A program made the translations under genes and the position numbers. A DNA stretch of 64,000 nucleotides, from the NCBI GenBank assembly GCA_051294375.1, contig CM119266.1:19851657-19915656 (forward strand), in the 5' to 3' direction. Source of the DNA: Paraspadella gotoi. Its lineage: Eukaryota > Animalia > Chaetognatha. Numbering within the stretch: the stretch's first letter is position 1; every line of letters starts with the position of its first letter. This document shows positions 50,265 through 64,000 of this stretch, one piece after another. Below the pieces are notes generated by a model. That model searched no databases and was not told the DNA's origin. It worked only from the letters and a program-made list of their open reading frames with translations.

Positions 50265-52979
50265 AATAAAAACCCCTTTCGTCGCCGACGATGGGTTGTG
50301 TTGCGTCAGTTTTGTTGCTATCGACGACGACGACGACGACGACGACGATCCCCGCTCAAGTAGCTAAAAGGCTGAAAGGGGAGGATGGGAACTGGAAAAG
50401 GAGAATTTTTCAAGTCCTTTATGAGAGGAGTGTTTCCTTTTCTTGCTTTGTGCTAACGATGTCGCGCTCCCTCCGAAAAAAAAAAAATCAGCACGTCATC
50501 CGCTATATAAATAATTAATAATTTTATTTGATTTTTATTTTAAATATTATTCATGATTTCTTTATATTAAAGTATACCAACAAAGTGGACGACCAGTAGA
50601 AAATATTCAACGATGAGAAGACAGAAAAAATGAAGAATTTGAGTAGGTACATACGTCTGACTACTGTATTAAACGAGAATATATTTTGTTTTAAAAGTAA
50701 ATGAAGGATTCGGGTTGTCGCGACAAATAAGGAAGATAAAGACGATGACAACTCCGCAAAGATTTAAAAAAAAAAAACTGGCGGGAAAAGCGAAATGGAG
50801 GATCTGAGTTGTCATGCCGAAGACAGAAACGTTTTTTTGGGCAAAGCTTTCCGTCTCATTCTCTCCTTTTCTTCCTTTTTGTGAAATAAAAAAAATATAA
50901 AAAGTAAGATTTTCAAATTCTTGTTGATGTTTCATTCAAATTCGTCTCTTTCAATTTTGTTCAATGTTTATCAAACTTTAAACAATTTCTATATTACGGA
51001 TTTCCATCCTTTTTATTAGATCCATATACTTTCTCTCTTCATCATTTTCCTTTTTTTTTTAACCTTTTTTACTTTTGTTATGTTACGTTCTTAATCATTA
51101 ACTTTATCTAATATTTCTTATTTTATTCTTTCTTCTTTTTCTTACTTTATTCCTTTTGTTTGTTTTGTTTTCTTTTCTGTTTCGCACGACTTGTTTTGTG
51201 ACGCATTTCTAAGCTTCCGAGTCGAGTAGATGATTTTTCTTTTTCTCCTTTTTATTTTTCTTCCAGCATCCGCCCCCCTCCGCCCCCCCTCCGCCCCCCT
51301 TCCATTTTTTTTTCTCTTTACTTCTTTTCATTTTCTTGTTGTTTTCCCACGGATTTTCGCAACAGAAGTATAGCATCCGAGGGGCATTTAATAGTTTAAT
51401 ATTTAATAGTTTAAACTTTAAACAATAAGTTACTGTCAGTCTTGATTGAAAGCTTGCAGGGTCCTGATATGTTATTATCTTGTAAAAGGGAAGGAGGCCT
51501 GAATCCTCTATATACCCTGTCCAAAGTCAGGGGCGCAAGATAGCTTATTTATTAAAGAAATTGATAATTTTTATATTGGTTGTACCTATCTCAGAAATTG
51601 CACCCTATGTATTGCACACTGTTTTAAATAACAACGGAGCGGTATGTTGCTTGTGTAAGTCTCTCGTGACGAATTTAGCTCGGATCCCCGTTTTTTCTTC
51701 ATCACGAAAAAAGTTAGAACCGTCATCGTCGTATTCTCCTGGTCGATTACGTTGTCGTGAGAAATGCCAGTTTTTTTGTCTAAGACTTCGCTTTGACTTC
51801 TCTTTTTTAAATATCATACAACGCGGCTAAATTTATTCTGCGTGTGGCAAAGGCTGCAAAGATCAATCTAGAACATCTCTCAGATTTAATCGACATTTTT
51901 TGGCGACGCGTCGTTTCAGAATCTCAGGATGGCCTTATTTTTCCAGAACGCCCTATTTTATTCTAAATTTGGAATTAGGTTAATGTTCTTAGTTAAAGAT
52001 TCGGTTAAATTGATCTCCCGAAAAAGCGGTTTAGGGAAAATACTTTGCGGCAAAAATCAAGCAAAAATCTAAAGATTTTATTTGTAAACCATAATCGGTC
52101 TAACAATTTCATGCAGGAGTGAGGAACAAACCTTTACAAAAGGAAACTGATATATGTACAATAAAAACTATTGACACAAATAAAGTATAACGAAAAGAGT
52201 ACGACGGATAAAAAGAAGACATATTATCCAATCAAAATTTTTTTACAGTGTAATATAAAGCTCAAAATACATAACGGAATAACGAAATACTTTGTGGAAT
52301 TTTTTTTGTTTTAACTGATTCGAAAACGATCAATGAAAATTCTTCTAATTTTTTTCGATTCAAACGCAACGAGATTGAGAGAGAAATATGTATATATGTA
52401 TTAAGTTTCCTTCATCCATTCATTAAAAGTCAGCTGCACAAACAAGTCCCTTTTCCGAGATGAGTCTGCAGAATTTTTTTAAAAAATAATAAAAACTAAA
52501 ACTACAATCGAGTTTGAAAAAGAAGGAAATTCGAACAAGATAATAAACAATAAAAAAAGTTTAATTATTCCGTTTCCCTTGGTTAAAAAAAAAACTTATT
52601 TCTTTCTTCCCCACTTTTTCGTTTCTCTTATTTCTCTAGTAAGTTTTATACGTTTTATCTCTCTCACTCTCTCTCACGCAATCTCGCTCTCACTCATTCT
52701 CTTACATTTATTTTTTTCACGAAGGAAAAGAGAGAATGAGAATCGAATTTTTTTTTTCACGTTGAGATTACAATCGCTTCGAACGTAGTGTCTGGACCAA
52801 AACTGAAATTCATTCTGTAGAGTTTTTTAATCTCCGTTTTTGTAACCTGCTTAAAATTGATATCACGATCGTAATACAAAACTTTAAAAGTTACGTATAG
52901 CGACAACATCTTGTATCATCTTCGCAGTCTGATATCCACATGTCTCTCAAACAACAATTCCCTTTCTGCCTTCCCTATT

Positions 52980-63483
<10,504 letters not shown>

Positions 63484-64000
63484 CTGTGGTTGGGTTGGGT
63501 TGGGGAAAAGTGGGCAGGAAGGAAGGGTTAGAGAGCTGAAGACCACGACAACAACGACGACGAAAGCGAAAAGGAGACGTAGTAGGTGGAGCCGGTGGCG
63601 GCGACAGGGTCGGCGCCATCTGTGATGACTTTTGTTTATGAGAGAATCTGAGGATTTTACGAGCGCGGCCTTGTTGACGACGACGACGACGACCAAAAAG
63701 ACGACGATTTCTCTCTGGTAATAACTGTACAGAATGCAGGGCATTACACACTAAACACTGGCTACTAGACAATGGACACCGCATTCTTGGCTTTGCACAT
63801 TTGGCGACAATCTACATAAATCACATTCAGATAGACAGATAGGGAAGCCAGGGACTCTGGAAGTGAATAAACTAGTCTTGATTGAAAGCTTGCAAGGTCC
63901 TGCTATTTCATTATCTTTTAAAGAGTGATGAAGGCTTTAAAACACCATATCAGGGGCAAGCTTGCTTATTTATTAAATGAATAGTTAATTTAATAATGGT

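Noticed and set aside
63540-63784. Minus-strand ORFs with poly-Val or poly-Arg segments
   Set aside because: Explained by (GTC)n repeats in intronic sequence; no phase-compatible donor giving LRR-like sequence.

Overview
AT-rich, microsatellite-dense metazoan (invertebrate-like) draft-genome window with spliceosomal introns and several N gaps. Nearly all ORFs in the supplied track are artefacts of (GA)n/(GAAA)n/(GAC)n repeats. Two genes can be rebuilt by hand with consistent splice phases. (1) The 3' half of a + strand CELF1/2 (Bruno/ETR-1-type) RNA-binding protein gene, with linker exons from 17861, RRM3 at 24716-25387 and a candidate 24-nt microexon. (2) A - strand single-pass LRR membrane protein gene with 14 exons visible (63483 to 52980; 5' end not found, probably beyond the window), encoding LRRs, a two-cysteine LRRCT, a mucin-like and acidic stalk, a TM helix and a short tail without TIR. 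About 12.5 kb (37258-49800) is a second copy of 27647-37232 placed after a 25-N gap; its first 8 kb is insertion-riddled and most likely an uncorrected long read, i.e. an assembly artefact. Mobile elements include a 196-bp inverted-repeat insertion with a 13-bp target-site duplication and a partial hammerhead-like motif (Penelope-like), a Tc1/mariner-type MITE, a foldback MITE with an 8-bp TSD, a Helentron/DINE-like (HINE) family and several minisatellites. I found no convincing new multi-gene system; the items most worth a second look are listed as findings.
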